Shown in pieces: positions 1 to 13,143 of a DNA stretch of 64,000 nt. Both the position numbers and the translations under genes were made by a program. The DNA is from Octopus bimaculoides (lineage: Eukaryota), in NCBI RefSeq assembly GCF_001194135.2, contig NC_068989.1, forward strand, positions 16,997,776-17,061,775, in the 5' to 3' direction. The notes under the pieces were generated by a model, which was not told the DNA's origin, did no database searches, and saw only the letters and a program-made list of their open reading frames with translations. Positions within the stretch are counted from its first letter, which is position 1; every line of letters begins with the position of its first letter.

Positions 1-402
1 ATATATATATATTAACCTGGTATGAAACAACAGCAAAGTCTCTATACAGTCACTTGATCTGTTAGTAATAGCAGCCAAATCTACTTCAAATCACATTCTA
101 CTATTTGAAAAGAAGATGGGCTGATGACTTTTGGAACATTTTTGATCACAGACCCGTTTGATCAAAAGCAGTCAATACTTAAAATCTTGACCAAAAAATA
201 CAATTTCACCAACAATATCTATCTTTTCTAGTTTAAACAAAAACAACCAATACTTAACAATTTCCTTACTATTTGTCTAGTTAACCAAGGATATCCCAGC
301 ATCAGTCCAACCTTCACAACAACTATAGTAACAACAATATTTATTATTCAGCATATCTATGTAAATTAATCTTTCATACAATATTTATTTTATTCTTTTC
401 AG

Positions 403-473
403 AAAGCCCTTTTGACAACATGGAAGAAACATTTACATATTTCAAAGACCTTCTGATATGTCACAGTGTTTGC
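403..473 (+). CDS. CFAP119: CFAP119-like copy A, exon equivalent to exon 5 (SPFDNMEETFTYFKDLLICHSVC)
   Basis: ttttcag acceptor and gtaagt donor; 71 nt, same size and phase as copy B exon 42651-42721; FKDLLICHSV motif recognised from the CFAP119/CCDC189 family. Confidence 0.9.
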
Positions 474-479
474 GTAAGT

Positions 480-1100
480 TAAAAGCCTTTCAGCATGTAT
501 GTATCATGCATTGACACTTTCTGCAATACAGATCATACTGTGATATTCCCTATAAAATATCACACACTATGACACTCGCTCTAATATATTCTATGGCATC
601 TGTGTTAGTTAAACACTCTGTATTATATTTCAAAGTGACTGTAAGTTACACTACCTGTGATATATGTCTCACTGTCTATGACATCTAATACATATGATAC
701 TGGATATGACATTCCCTGCTTATATTTCTCAAACGGTCTATTACATTCCTTCTAATGCATGTCATGGTGACTATATCACATCCTTTAACATACAAACACA
801 CTGTCTGTATAATTTACACAACATCTTAACATATACTACAGTGTCCATATATATTATATGGTGGTATATGACTATCCCATTAATATATGTCTTACTACCT
901 GTGACAGATCCTCTAATATATGTTGCATGATTTATATGGATTATTCAATGACAGGTATCCCTCTGAAATATATTACAGTCTCATGTTCCTCCAGATTATT
1001 CAATAACAGGTATCCCTCTCAGATATATTACAATCCTATGTTCCTCCATTGAGTGACACAATCTCACTCATTCTGCCAGTTTATACACAATCTCATTCTG
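480..1100. repeat. Degenerate ~30-35 bp minisatellite in copy A intron 5
   Basis: Recurrent tatgacac / ctctaatatatgtc / ctgtga units; also a ~55 bp direct repeat at 939-1048. Confidence 0.55.
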
Positions 1101-1386
1101 CCAGTCACCTTATTTATATCAATACAACTCATTTACAAATATTTGTGAGTGTTTATAAATATGTGTGTTTATTTACACCTCTATGTGTATGTATGTATAT
1201 ATACCTTAAAGCAGGTATGTCAAACTGCCGAGTCTCAGTGGGCCACATTGCTCACATACATATTGCCATGGGGGCCAGATATTTTTAAACATGTTTACAG
1301 CAAAGATTTCCATCATTTAATGAAAACTGATGTCAGAATAATTTTGTACAGACATAATTTTGTCATTTATTGGTTTCTATTTGTAG

Positions 1387-1602
<216 letters not shown>

Positions 1603-1961
1603 TGAACAGTTGTCCAATTGACCTGCAGGATTATAACTCTAACAACTTGACCATCAATAACAATGCCATCGACAACCAAAGAAATCAGCTCTGATATTAG
1701 CCTGGAAATTAGAATGTTGTTTAGCTCTTGATCAGCTGTAATCTCAAAGAACTATAACCAAAGGTAACCAACTCATTATTTTTTACAATACTACACTATT
1801 TAATGTGTCCTCCACATTTGAGGAATATTTGGTTGCAATTTCTTGCAGGTGGAATGACTCATATCAAAGCTCCATGGTGTTGTTGATATACACCAAACAG
1901 TAGACTGCTGTCTTTCAGACTAATGTTACAGCATCTGTATAAGTATTAATATTACATTGAA

Positions 1962-2232
1962 CTAGAAGGTGGTGAGTTGGCAAACTGGACAAAATGCTGC
2001 TAAGCATTTTGTCTGTCTTTGTGTCCTGAGTTAGAATTCTGCTTTTCATCCTTAGTGTACCAGTTGTGCACTAAGTTCGATGTAATCAACTTAAACTCCT
2101 CCCAGAAATTGCTGATTTTCAGGGTAGATAAAATAGGTACCAGTTGAGCACTTGAGTTGATGCAATTAACTTATCCACACCCTCAAAATTGCTGGCCTTG
2201 CTCCAAAATATGAAACCAGTATTACATTGAAC
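1962..2232 (+). mobile_element. Interspersed repeat family D (other copies 27095-27250, 36225-36420, 61815-62010)
   Basis: Shared ctgagttcaaatt...ctttgcctttcatcctttc...taagtaccag...ggccttgtgccaaaat motif string. Confidence 0.7.
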
Positions 2233-2382
2233 TAGATTTGCCTATATGACATTTGTAGTAAATATTTTTCTTTTCCTTTTAGCCAATAGGTTAGTTGGGC
2301 CACCACTGACACATTCCTCTTTAAGTATTGTATATTTAGTGTGAGGTGTATGTCAGATTTTGTGTGTGTGTGTGTGTGTGTG

Positions 2383-2423
<41 letters not shown>

Positions 2424-2930
2424 CATGCATCATGTATTTGAAAAACAAGCACACTCTAATGAATAGATCAGTAATATATTTACATGCGGTTAAATATATT
2501 TAGCAACACACACACACGGCTAAATATATTTAACTGCATGTGTGTGTGTGCGTGTGCGTGTGTGTGTGTGTGTGTGTATATATTGTCACTAAATCATAAA
2601 TCCGAAAGAGAAGCATACACTGAATTATAGAACAGTAGAGTATTTAGAGAATGTTAGTTATGGCCAGTTCATAGGGTGAGACAGTAAGCAGCATTGATGA
2701 ACATGTAGAAGTGCAGCCTGCCAAACAGCTATTTCACACAAACCATGTGGTCTTTGCAAAACAATCCGTAACACGCGTGCTAGGATGTACGATCGCCGCT
2801 ACAGCCTAGTGTCAGGGTGGAGGCTCAGAAGAGGGGTCGGTCAAAACTCGGAGTTCTCTGACGCAAGCCGCTCACATGTGCAGGTCGCTTACGAGGTGGA
2901 CCCCACTCAAGCACAGCAGGGAGCCCCAAC

Positions 2931-3095
2931 GGCACAGGAATGGCTGTGTGGTAAGTAGCTTGCTTACCAACCACATGGTTCCAGGTTCTGTCCCACTGCG
3001 TGGCATCTTGGGCAAGTGTCTTCTACTATAGCCTCGGGTCGACCAAAGCCTTGTGAGTGGATTTGCTAGATGGAAACTGTAGGAAGCCCGTCATA

Positions 3096-3138
<43 letters not shown>

Positions 3139-3350
3139 ATGTGTGTGTGTATATGTTTGTCTCCCCAACATCGCTTGACAACCGATGCTGGTGTGTTTAC
3201 GTCCCCGTAACTTAGCGGTTCGGCCAAAGAGACCGATAGAATAAGTACTAGGCTTACAAAGAATAAGTCCTGAGGTCGATTTGCACGACTAAAGGCGGTG
3301 CTCCAGCATGGCCACAGTCAAATGACTGAAACAAGTAAAAGAGTAAAAGA
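2931..3350 (+). mobile_element. SINE family B (bipartite, internal (TA)n(TG)n)
   Basis: ggctgtgtggtaag...ccttgggcaagtgtc...cagtcaaatgactgaaacaagtaaaagag; seven copies in the window. Confidence 0.9.
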
Positions 3351-3399
3351 GATATCTGTTGTAGTCTATATCTAGTGCAGTGTATATATTGTACAGTTC

Positions 3400-4870
3400 A
3401 CATTACCAGGACAAAATTCCACATAAATCTAAGACTCTGTTAGCTCAAGTGAGCTCCAGCATCTTTGAGTATATAGAAAGATGTGAACAGTTTGACTTGA
3501 CTATCTCTAAATTGGATATTTTGTATGTGAAAACTCCCTATGTAGTTTTTGCTAGATGTTCATTAGCTGCTTGGCAAAGAAGCCAAGAGAATTATTGGAT
3601 GAGTTTTCTAAAGAGTTTGAGAAGCTGAAAAGAATCATATGTGGCTGAAATGTGTTTCACTACACAGCCATGTCTGCACCTTTTATATCTACCTGTAGAG
3701 GGCTGGGCATGCTGTTGTTAATGATGCATAGATATGCGCTGAGACTGTGACATCTCCAGCACTTCATAGATGATGGTGAACAGGTGTGGTCACTGTCTGT
3801 GAGACTCGCCTTCCCACAGCTCGTCTCTTTGACTGAACTGCAATTGTGGATCAAAGAGAGACCGAGGCTGGGTGAATGGCACTGCGAGTGTTGCCATGCT
3901 CTCGAGCAACTCTGCTGTCTGGAATCAAACTTGTGTGACTTCAATTCCACAAAGGAGTTCTATAAAGGATTAGTGGAAGTGCGACGACATTCTTAAGGAG
4001 AACCTGGGTGTTGATGAGGAATACCTGGCCTGCCTCTTCAGGACCGCTTTTGGGCCGGACCTATGGACAATTTCCAGAGATCCCTGGCCTGGCAGTGCTA
4101 TCGGGAAGCATTGCCTGTTCGGGATAAGCTCTACAGGCACGGTTCAAGAAACTCTGGACCAACTTGCTCGAGATGCGGTCAGAGTAATGAAACCGTTCTG
4201 CATACACTTGTGCAATGTCCAAGCATTTCAGACCTGTGGGCTTATGTCAAATGGCTGCTATCACATGTGGGACGAATTCAGTTGTCGGCCGAGTCTATCA
4301 TGAATATTGCCCTTCCACCTTCCTTTAACTGGTAAGACAAGGTAGTTTCTGTTGTACTGGTGGCTATGGTGAAAGAGTGTGTGTGGTGGACTCATGCAAA
4401 AAGTTTAGAGACAAACACTTTCCTCTCTGGCCAACCTCTCATCAACTTCTTCAAGTACCAATTGAAAAGGAAGGTGAGAATAGAGAGGGAAGTTTTGTCA
4501 AGAAAAGGTGGGTGAATATGGCAAGGATGGTACGAATAAATGACGGAACCACCTTGAGCATGATCCTATAAAACTAAGAGAGAAAGAGCGCCTTGCTCTC
4601 ATGTTAATGTTTGCCCTTTTGTTTCTGAGGTTACCGTGGTTCTTTTTCGTAGGTTTTTCTTTCCAAGGATAAACCTAGTTAATGTTACATTTCCTCCCCT
4701 TTTTGGGAACTCTAATTGTTAACAATGACTTTTGTGTTATTTCTCTGTTTACACGTCCAAAAAAAAAATGGTTTTTTGTTCCTTTTGATTGATTTTGAAA
4801 AAGAAAAATTCTACATTATATCGTCCCCTCTGTATTCGGCCCTACATGGTTAATAAAGAAATCTATCTGT
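3400..4870 (+). mobile_element. L1/Tx1-clade LINE, 5'-truncated and decayed
   Basis: GGLGM..ALRL segment, zf-RVT-like CSRC...ETVLHTLVQC (ORF 4063-4335), T-rich 3' UTR with AATAAA and short tandem tail. Confidence 0.8.
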
Positions 4871-5536
4871 CTGTCTGTCTACAACTCACACACGCATGTG
4901 CGCGAAATGGATATTCATCTGATGTCATAATGTAATAGGTATGTACTTTAAATGCTTAGTTTGATTTACTACTAAAACTCAAGCTTGAATTGCAGCTGAA
5001 AAAAAGTTGGTGTTGATGCTATCCTCAAAAATGGCTAGAAATTGTTCATTGTAGAGCAGGTAGACATATATATTAGAAATAGATAAAGAAAAAATGAGCA
5101 AAACATGGGGTGTCCCTTTAGAATATTTAATTTATGATTTAAACATAGAACAGCAGTTATAGTAAATACATTAAGTCTCTTACAGCTATTTCTAGAATAG
5201 TTAAGCATGTGACGCATGTGTTATTAACCAAGGATTCCCACAAGCTAAGTATTCTGTTGTTGGAGAGAGAGGAATAAATAAAGAATATCCTTAATCAAGG
5301 ATATTAGGAGTTACCATTTCGTTGAAGAATTAAGGAGTGTTCATTGTAAAAAGATAATAGTGGTTGGTAGTTCCATAACTGAAGAATGAAGGAAATCCTT
5401 AATAAAAAAACAAATATCCATTAGTAGTTCCAATACATACACACATACACATCATCATCATCGTTTAACGTCCATCTTCCATGCATATATATATAAAATG
5501 TATTTAATTGTGCATAACTACACACATTAATTTATG

Positions 5537-5568
<32 letters not shown>

Positions 5569-6083
5569 NNNNNNNNNNNNNNNNNNNNNNNNNNNNNNNN
5601 NNNNNNNNNNNNNNNNNNNNNNNNNNNNNNNNNNNNNNNNNNNNNNNNNNNNNNNNNNNNNNNNNNNNNNNNNNNNNNNNNNNNNNNNNNNNNNNNNNNN
5701 NNNNNNNNNNNNNNNNNNNNNNNNNNNNNNNNNNNNNNNNNNNNNNNNNNNNNNNNNNNNNNNNNNNNNNNNNNNNNNNNNNNNNNNNNNNNNNNNNNNN
5801 NNNNNNNNNNNNNNNNNNNNNNNNNNNNNNNNNNNNNNNNNNNNNNNNNNNNNNNNNNNNNNNNNNNNNNNNNNNNNNNNNNNNNNNNNNNNNNNNNNNN
5901 NNNNNNNNNNNNNNNNNNNNNNNNNNNNNNNNNNNNNNNNNNNNNNNNNNNNNNNNNNNNNNNNNNNNNNNNNNNNNNNNNNNNNNNNNNNNNNNNNNNN
6001 NNNNNNNNNNNNNNNNNNNNNNNNNNNNNNNNNNNNNNNNNNNNNNNNNNNNNNNNNNNNNNNNNNNNNNNNNNNNNNNNNNN

Positions 6084-6119
<36 letters not shown>

Positions 6120-6245
6120 TATATATACACATGTAGATGTAAATATGTACATATATGTGTGTATACATGTATATATATATTCTTTGTATTATATATATAT
6201 ATATATATATCTATAATGAAGTATTAATCATTTTATCAATATCAG

Positions 6246-6303
6246 GTGCATCTTGATTTAGTTTTGAACTATATTGGAGAGTCTGATTCCATTACAAGCC
6301 AAG
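6246..6303 (+). CDS. CFAP119: CFAP119-like copy A, exon 7 (VHLDLVLNYIGESDSITSQ)
   Basis: atcag/gtaagc; 58 nt; 13/19 aa identical to copy B exon 49759-49816. Confidence 0.9.
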
Positions 6304-6589
6304 GTAAGCAGCAATTGTTTCATATTTTGAAAACAGTAGCAAGTGTTAGCTAATTCTACAAATTCATAAGTTTGCACAAGTTATTTAGCCTTCATAATGC
6401 TTTGCAATTATGAAAGAATAGTGTTCATAAATATTTTTCGTCATATAAGGTCTCAGGACTCATTTCTTTTCACAACACATAAACTTATGTTAATTTATAA
6501 ATTTTACTAATTTGATAATTAACACATCTAACTCTCCCACTGCTAACTTAGTCATCTAAGTAATGGAAACTGTCTACTACTTCTAGGGA

Positions 6590-7730
6590 TCCTCACTGGC
6601 ATATGAGGGAGTCTATTTTTTGTACATTCCTAGTGTTTAATGTACCTGCACATCTGCCACATGTAAAGGTTACCTTTCCCATTAGTCGTTCAGTGATACT
6701 GTTACACCCCTTATGTGTCCATAACTTGCACTGGGTACACCTTATAGAGTTTCTCCTGACACCTCTACATATCGAGCAGGGCCATCTTCTTGAAGGGATC
6801 TACGATTTGTCTGTTTTCCTACTTATCAATACTTTGGTCCTTGCCAAATTAACTCTAAGGTCCTTTGATTTCAGACCTTGCTTCCATACTTGAAACTTCT
6901 TTTCTAGTTCTGGTAGTAATTCAGTAATAAGAATAAAGTCGTCAGCAAAGAGGAGCCAATCTTAAATTCCTCAGTTATAGCATGGAGGACTATGATAAAT
7001 AAGAGGGGGCTAAGAACTGAATCCTGGTGGACTCCTACTTGTACACTAAACTCCTTGATATACTCATTGGTGACTCTCACCTTACTAACAACATTCTTGT
7101 ACATGGCTCATACAGCTCTCACAAACCACTCATCTATCCCACCAGATAAGGGAACAGAGAACAGGAAACCCCGTCAAAGGCTTTCTCCATGTCAACAAAA
7201 ACTAGAAACAGAGGTTTATTTTGGGCCAAGTATTTCTTCTGCAGTTGCTTCACCAGGAAGATAGCATTGGTGGTGCTTCTCCCTGGCACAAGTTTAAACT
7301 GCATCTCATCTATGCTAACTCTCTTTCTAATTAATTGAGCCAAGACCCTTTCTTCAATTTTCATCACCTGGTCCAGTAATTTGACACCTCTGTAATTATT
7401 TCTGTCTAGGGTATCACCTTTGTCTGTGTAGCAGTTGATGCTACATCAACCATTGGGCATGATTCCCCTGTGGACAGCCTGATTAGCTATATGGGTGACC
7501 AGGTTATATTCCACCCCACCCCACCAAAGATTTTAAGCATCTCAGCAGTGACTTCCAATGGGCCAGAGGCTTTCCTTGTCTTCATGTCCTTAATTGCTTT
7601 ATCTGCTAAGCTACAGTTGATTCAGTTATCCAACCCCTCTGTCAGGTCCACATTGGGCAGGCTCTCCTCCCATGCACTACTATTGTTATAACTTCTAACA
7701 CTGTCAAGTTATTCCTTCTAGCACATGATG
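6590..7730 (-). mobile_element. RTE-clade LINE reverse transcriptase fragment
   Basis: ORFs 7134-7367 (QF..PGRSTTNAIF...FVDMEKAFD) and 6904-7104 (VGVHQDSVLSPLLF). Confidence 0.85.
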
Positions 7731-7940
7731 ATGTTGTCAGGTTATAAGAAAACTAAAATAGTAGACACAAATAAGTAAAAACTAAATTAAGGTTAGGTTA
7801 AATGTTATTCATTTGTAAGGTTTTTATTTGGAGAAAATAGATGTGAATCAAATATAAAGCAGCTGTCTTACTGAACATTTGTTTTTTCAAAGTTTTTCAC
7901 GATTTTTTTTTTTCTTTTTAAATTTTAAATGAAGAAGCAG

Positions 7941-8045
7941 ATTTTGATTCTGAAAAGGAGAAGAACAAGAAATCTGGAACTTCAGATTTATTTCTAAATG
8001 AAAGCATTGATAAAGAAAAGGAGTTGGTAAAGAATCCTGAAAAAG
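7941..8045 (+). CDS. CFAP119: CFAP119-like copy A, exon 8 (acidic/charged linker DFDSEKEKNK...KNPEK)
   Basis: aagaagcag tandem acceptors, AAG|gtttgt donor matching copy B 51611; phase 1-1 keeps frame. Confidence 0.8.
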
Positions 8046-8345
8046 GTTTGTTAGCAATAACTTAATAGATTCAGAAGATAATTTTCCAGACTATTAACCT
8101 CATATTTACACTGTATATTTACAGTATGCATATCTACACAGCATTTTGATTGGTTCAATCTCAAATCATTATCAAGTACCTTCATTCTAAGATACATACA
8201 TAATTCCACACTAGGTTTGAACTAGAAATTTATATTTCTAAACTAAGGATAGTAATGTTCATATTCACTAAGCCATTACTATTAGTTTATCAATGGAAAC
8301 ATAGTGACTGTGTGTGTGTGTGTGTGTGTGTCTGTCTGTCTATAT

Positions 8346-9920
8346 ACACCCAGAACCATGCTAATAGCTAGGAGTGAAATTTAGGATTTTTTGGTTTTCT
8401 GTGAATTGATTTTGATAAAAATTTTCCCAGATGGTTTTCACACTATGGCAACCCTGTTATGTTTTGATTATTCTGTGTAATGTCCTTTCTTTTTTATTTC
8501 AGATTCTTCATTTTTTGGGTGAACCGCACTAATAGCGTCTTTCCTCTATGGGAACAATGGGATATGGAAAAGGCATTAATGATGAAGAAAAGTCAGTCAT
8601 CATCAAGGAAAGTGCTAAAGGGACCTCTCTTCATATCATTGCTGAGAAGTTAGGTTGTCATGTGGACACAGACGATTCCTGAAGAACCCTTCGCGAAGGA
8701 AGAAATGATCTGATTGTGGGACCTCCAAGACTGTGACAGCTAGGGATTTAAGGAATATTGGCCATAAGTTACATGGGAAACCTGGAGAAACAAGCAAAGC
8801 CATTTTCACCGGACTTCCTCATGTACTTCTGAACTTTCTTATGTACTGAAAGACCACCAGAAATTACATCCCCGGGACCATGGCTTCCATGCAAGAACTC
8901 CTGAAACTGCTTCCTTTAATGCCATGTCACAGGAATTTGAGGCTTCAGTGGGCCCAAAAGTACATGACATTAGACATGAGTTGTGTTCTGTTCACTGATG
9001 ACACCTGGGCAACCCTTGATGGACCTGATAGTTAGGCAAATGGTTGGGTCTGTTTTGGAGACGAGCGACACCAACATTTACGATGTCAACAACAGGGTGG
9101 AGGAGTCATGTTGTGGGCTGGTACCATTGGGAACAGACTTGTTGGTCCAGTCAGGATGCCTGAAGGGGTTAAAGTGACCGCAGCCACCTACTGTAATCTC
9201 CTGAAGGAGGTCTTGGATCCCTGGCTAGATGACATACTGCTGTCGCTTCTAAGGAATCTCGTATTCATGCATGACAACACTCCCTCTCACTCTGCTAGGA
9301 CCACCCAAACATTACTAGGGTCTTACGTCATACAAGGTGAAAAGTTGATAGTGTGGTTGCCAGCATCGCCGGATCTCAACCCTATCGAAAATCTTTGGTC
9401 CATCATTAAACAAGACGTTTATGCCAATGGACACCAATTTACATCGAAAAATGTCTTATGGGTGATCATCAAAGCTGCAGCAGAGGTAGTCCAACCTGCT
9501 ACTATTAAGAAATTGACAGATTCCATGATTAATAGGGTTTTTGAAGTTATCTGTTGAAATGGGACTCATGTGGCTAAATAATTCATTATGTCAATAAATG
9601 TTATAATATTCTTATAGTTTTCTGTTAAATATATATTCACTGTATGCTTAATATGTATCATTACCTTTTGTTTTCTGGAAAAAAAATGCCTAGATGGGCT
9701 ATTTTCATTCAAAAGCTATTAGTGTGGTTCATCCAAAAACTGAAGAATCTGAAATAAAAACAGAAAGGACGTTACACAGAATAATCGAAACATAATGATG
9801 TTGCCATAGTGTGCAAACCAGCTGGGAAAAGTTTTATTAAAATCGATTCTCAGAAAACCGAGAAATCCTAAATGTCACTCCTTTGAGTGTCTAGCAGGCA
9901 GGCACATTCGCGTGCCCTTA
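8346..9920 (+). mobile_element. Tc1-like DD37E (TRT-like) transposon, inactivated
   Basis: Decayed transposase ~8548-9580 (VLFTDD..TLDGPD, QQQGGGVMLWAG, FMHDN-37 aa-E in SPDLNPIENLW); ~82 bp inverted repeats at 8371-8452 and 9800-9881. Confidence 0.9.
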
Positions 9921-10088
9921 TCATATGAATTTTAAATATATGGCTATATAATTCTTATTTAGGCCTGCAATCACTTATGTTACTATTGCTGATATTATCA
10001 GTTATTTATATTGCCCTCAATAATAATAGCAATAATAATATCTATAAAAATATTCACTCCTGAATATTTGCTCTGTATATATGTATAC

Positions 10089-10176
<88 letters not shown>

Positions 10177-10184
10177 GTACTTTA

Positions 10185-10445
10185 TACATCATTTAATGTT
10201 TTTCATGCTGGCATAGGTTGGATGGTTTGACTGAAAACTGGTAAGCTGGGGGAGCTGCACCAGGTTCCAATCTGATTTGACATGGTTTCTACAGCTGGAT
10301 GCCCTTCCTAATGCCAACCACTCTGAGAGTGTAGTGGGTGCTTTTTATATGCCAGCAGCACGGGTGCCAGTTATGAAACACAAGCATCAGTGATGTCTAC
10401 AATCTCACTTGGCTTGACAGATCCTCTTAAGTACAGTATATCGTC
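10185..10445 (-). mobile_element. RTE-tail repeat
   Basis: ttaggaagggcatccagctgtagaaac core shared with 38644-38856 and 51100-51468. Confidence 0.75.
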
Positions 10446-11255
10446 AAAGGTTGTTGTTAAAATTTATGTGTAATAAATTTGTTATATTTCTACAATACAC
10501 GAAATATTTCCACATTTTTTAAATACAATTCCTAATACTATTTAGTTATGAAAATTGAATAGAATTTTTTTAGACATTGAATGGTTATGTGGTGGGGTGG
10601 GGGTCAAACCAAGTGAAATAGGAATGAAAGGGATGCATAAGAGAAAAAAAGATGTGAATGTAAATGTTTTCTAGGCAGCAGACGCTAAGCTGCAGTTTTA
10701 TGATGTTGTTTATTTATGGTGTTACTTGGATGTGAGCTACATCTCCACCTGAATAGGATAGTATAGCAATCCATCTTAGCAAACACCTCCAGTTGATCTC
10801 TTACCTAGTTCTTCTGGCAGCAAGACAAACTGTACTAATGTAGAATAAAGAGTTTTTTGCATGAAACATCAACCTAGATCTAAACTCTTCACCTATCAGC
10901 ATGAACAGCTAATCCAATATTTTATTCTACTTGATTCATTCAGTTATTTCATCTTGATATCAGCTATGTACTGGGGTACAAAGATCAAAATTCAGTTCAA
11001 ATGTCTCCTTCAAGTCAGCTGAAGAAATCTTTATGTATATTGTGTGTGTTATAAATAAGAAAAGTTAGATTATTTGACTGTTGTTGCCTATTGATCGGGA
11101 CATTGAAAATATTTAACTGTTTATTGGCTCTGATCTTTTTATCAGAATACTGAAATCATTTGATTGGTTATTAGCTATGACTTATTGGCCAGAATACTAA
11201 TCTCATTTGACCACTTACTTATTAGATGTTATATCTTTTAATTATTGTGTTTTAG

Positions 11256-11313
11256 CTAAGATGGAAGGGCAGTGCTTCCAAAACATCTGAGACCAGGGAG
11301 ATTGACACAGTTG
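11256..11313 (+). other. Candidate alternative exon 8b of copy A (LRWKGSASKTSETREIDTV), usable only with the internal donor at 8027
   Basis: gtgtttttag acceptor, TTG|gtaatc donor, phase 0-1; homologous block at 53769-53831 in copy B. Confidence 0.3.
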
Positions 11314-11480
11314 GTAATCTGTGTAAATCAATGTCTGTAGGAAATCTTTTGTTAGAATTGCAGTCAGTATGTGAGACAATTTAATTTCTAATCTCTTAAA
11401 GATAATTAATTAAATAATTATTTCTTTTACTGTTCCATCATTTAATTACTCTCTCTCTCTCTCTCTCCTACATGGTTTAG

Positions 11481-11683
11481 ACGAAGCTAAGAAATACTTG
11501 AGAAAGCTGATCACAGACTTTTTACAAAAAAAAATCAATGAATTGAAATCGGCAGTGGCTGAAAAGTTGGAAAAATCTGAAAAGATGGTGAATAATAAAC
11601 TGGAAGACGCTGGCTACCGTGGCTATTCTAAAAGACTATCAAAGAAATTAAGCAAATCTGGGAAAAGAATATCAAACCTCTAA
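11481..11683 (+). CDS. CFAP119: CFAP119-like copy A, last coding exon (DEAKKYLRKLITDFLQKK...SNL*)
   Basis: (CT)n tract plus tttag acceptor, phase 1, coiled-coil-like; homologous to 54476-54669. Confidence 0.88.
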
Positions 11684-12736
11684 AGTAATATCAAAACCAA
11701 ACGTAAAAATTTCTTTGTGACCATTAGTTATATAACAACAACAATTCCTGATGGAATTTAATTTAGAAAGTAGAAACATTCTAATAGTACAACCTATATA
11801 AACCTATAAAATTAAACATTCCTTATATTTAGTTTTATGGTGAAGGTAAAGAATCCTAATTGTTTGTTACTTATAAACAAACTTGGTAAAATATTTGGGA
11901 AAATATATGAAGTTCATGTTGCCCTCAAAGGCATCATGCCCATTATGATTGGTTATTGAATGTGTTACTATTGATTATTAAAATCTTATATTTTTTTATG
12001 CCATTAGAAATCATCTGTCATTTCTCCCTCTCTCTATCTATTCTTTTAACTTACTCCTTATCTAGATTCTTTATAATACCCTCTTTTCCTTTTTCCACTG
12101 CAGGGCTTGTTTTGCTAATCTGTTTTCTTCTTAAAATAGAACCTATATATTTTTGTCATTTTTCAATGATAAAAGATCATATGATTTTCCCAGAAAATTG
12201 TATTGATCTTATATACTACAGACAATGAAGTATAACAATATTTTTAAACCAATAGGTTGCAATTTTGTTTCTTCAGCTGTAAAATCCACATTAATGTGTA
12301 AACTTTTTTTTTTTATAATCTCATACTACTTTTTATTAACCAATCACAATAAAACAATTTCTACTCATGAATAAATCCCAATAAATTGTTACTTCACCTT
12401 ATCTCTTGTTTGTTTTTCTTCTTAAGTTATATAAAGAATAATTCTAGACACTACTCAAGTAGTTATTTGTATGTGCAATCAATTATTTATCTATTCACAA
12501 CAAACTGATTACAACTTTATTTTACCACCTTCAATCTGAAGATGGTTGCATGCATGAACAAAAATTCATTAATATTTTTTTCTTCAAATATAAAAAATAT
12601 ACTACACTTTCCTTCTACACTAATCAAACAGGTTAAAGAATATGAACAACACATTTAATTGGATAATAAATTTTCCAGTTGTTTGTTAAATCAAATATGA
12701 ATAAATGAAATCTGGTACTATACTTACATAATACTT

Positions 12737-13143
12737 ACTCTTTTACTTGTTTCAGTCATTTGACTGTGGCCATGCTGGAGCACCGCCTTTTAGTCGAGCA
12801 AATCGACCCCAGGACTTATTCTTTGGGAGCCTAGTACTTATTCTTTGGGAGCCTAGTACTTATTCTATCGGTCTCTGTTGCCGAACTGCTAAGTTACGGG
12901 GACGTAAACACACCACCATCGGTTGTCAAGCGATGCTGGGGGGACAAACACAGACACAAACATACATAAATATATATACAACGGGCTTCTTTCAGTTTCC
13001 GTCTACCAAATCCACTCACAAGGCTTTGGTCGGCCTGAGACTATAGTAGAAGACACTTGCCCAAGGTGCCATGCAGTGGGAATGAACCCGGAACCATGTG
13101 GTTTGGTAAGCAAGCTACTTACCACACAGCCACTTCTACGCCT
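12737..13143 (-). mobile_element. SINE family B
   Basis: Reverse complement of the 2931-3350 consensus. Confidence 0.9.

Noticed and set aside
5504-6168. Long ORFs across N-gaps (also 13739-15013, 18726-19185, 20222-20743, 52667-53319, 58332-58842)
   Set aside because: They are open only because N runs translate as X and the flanks are (TA)n or (CA)n.
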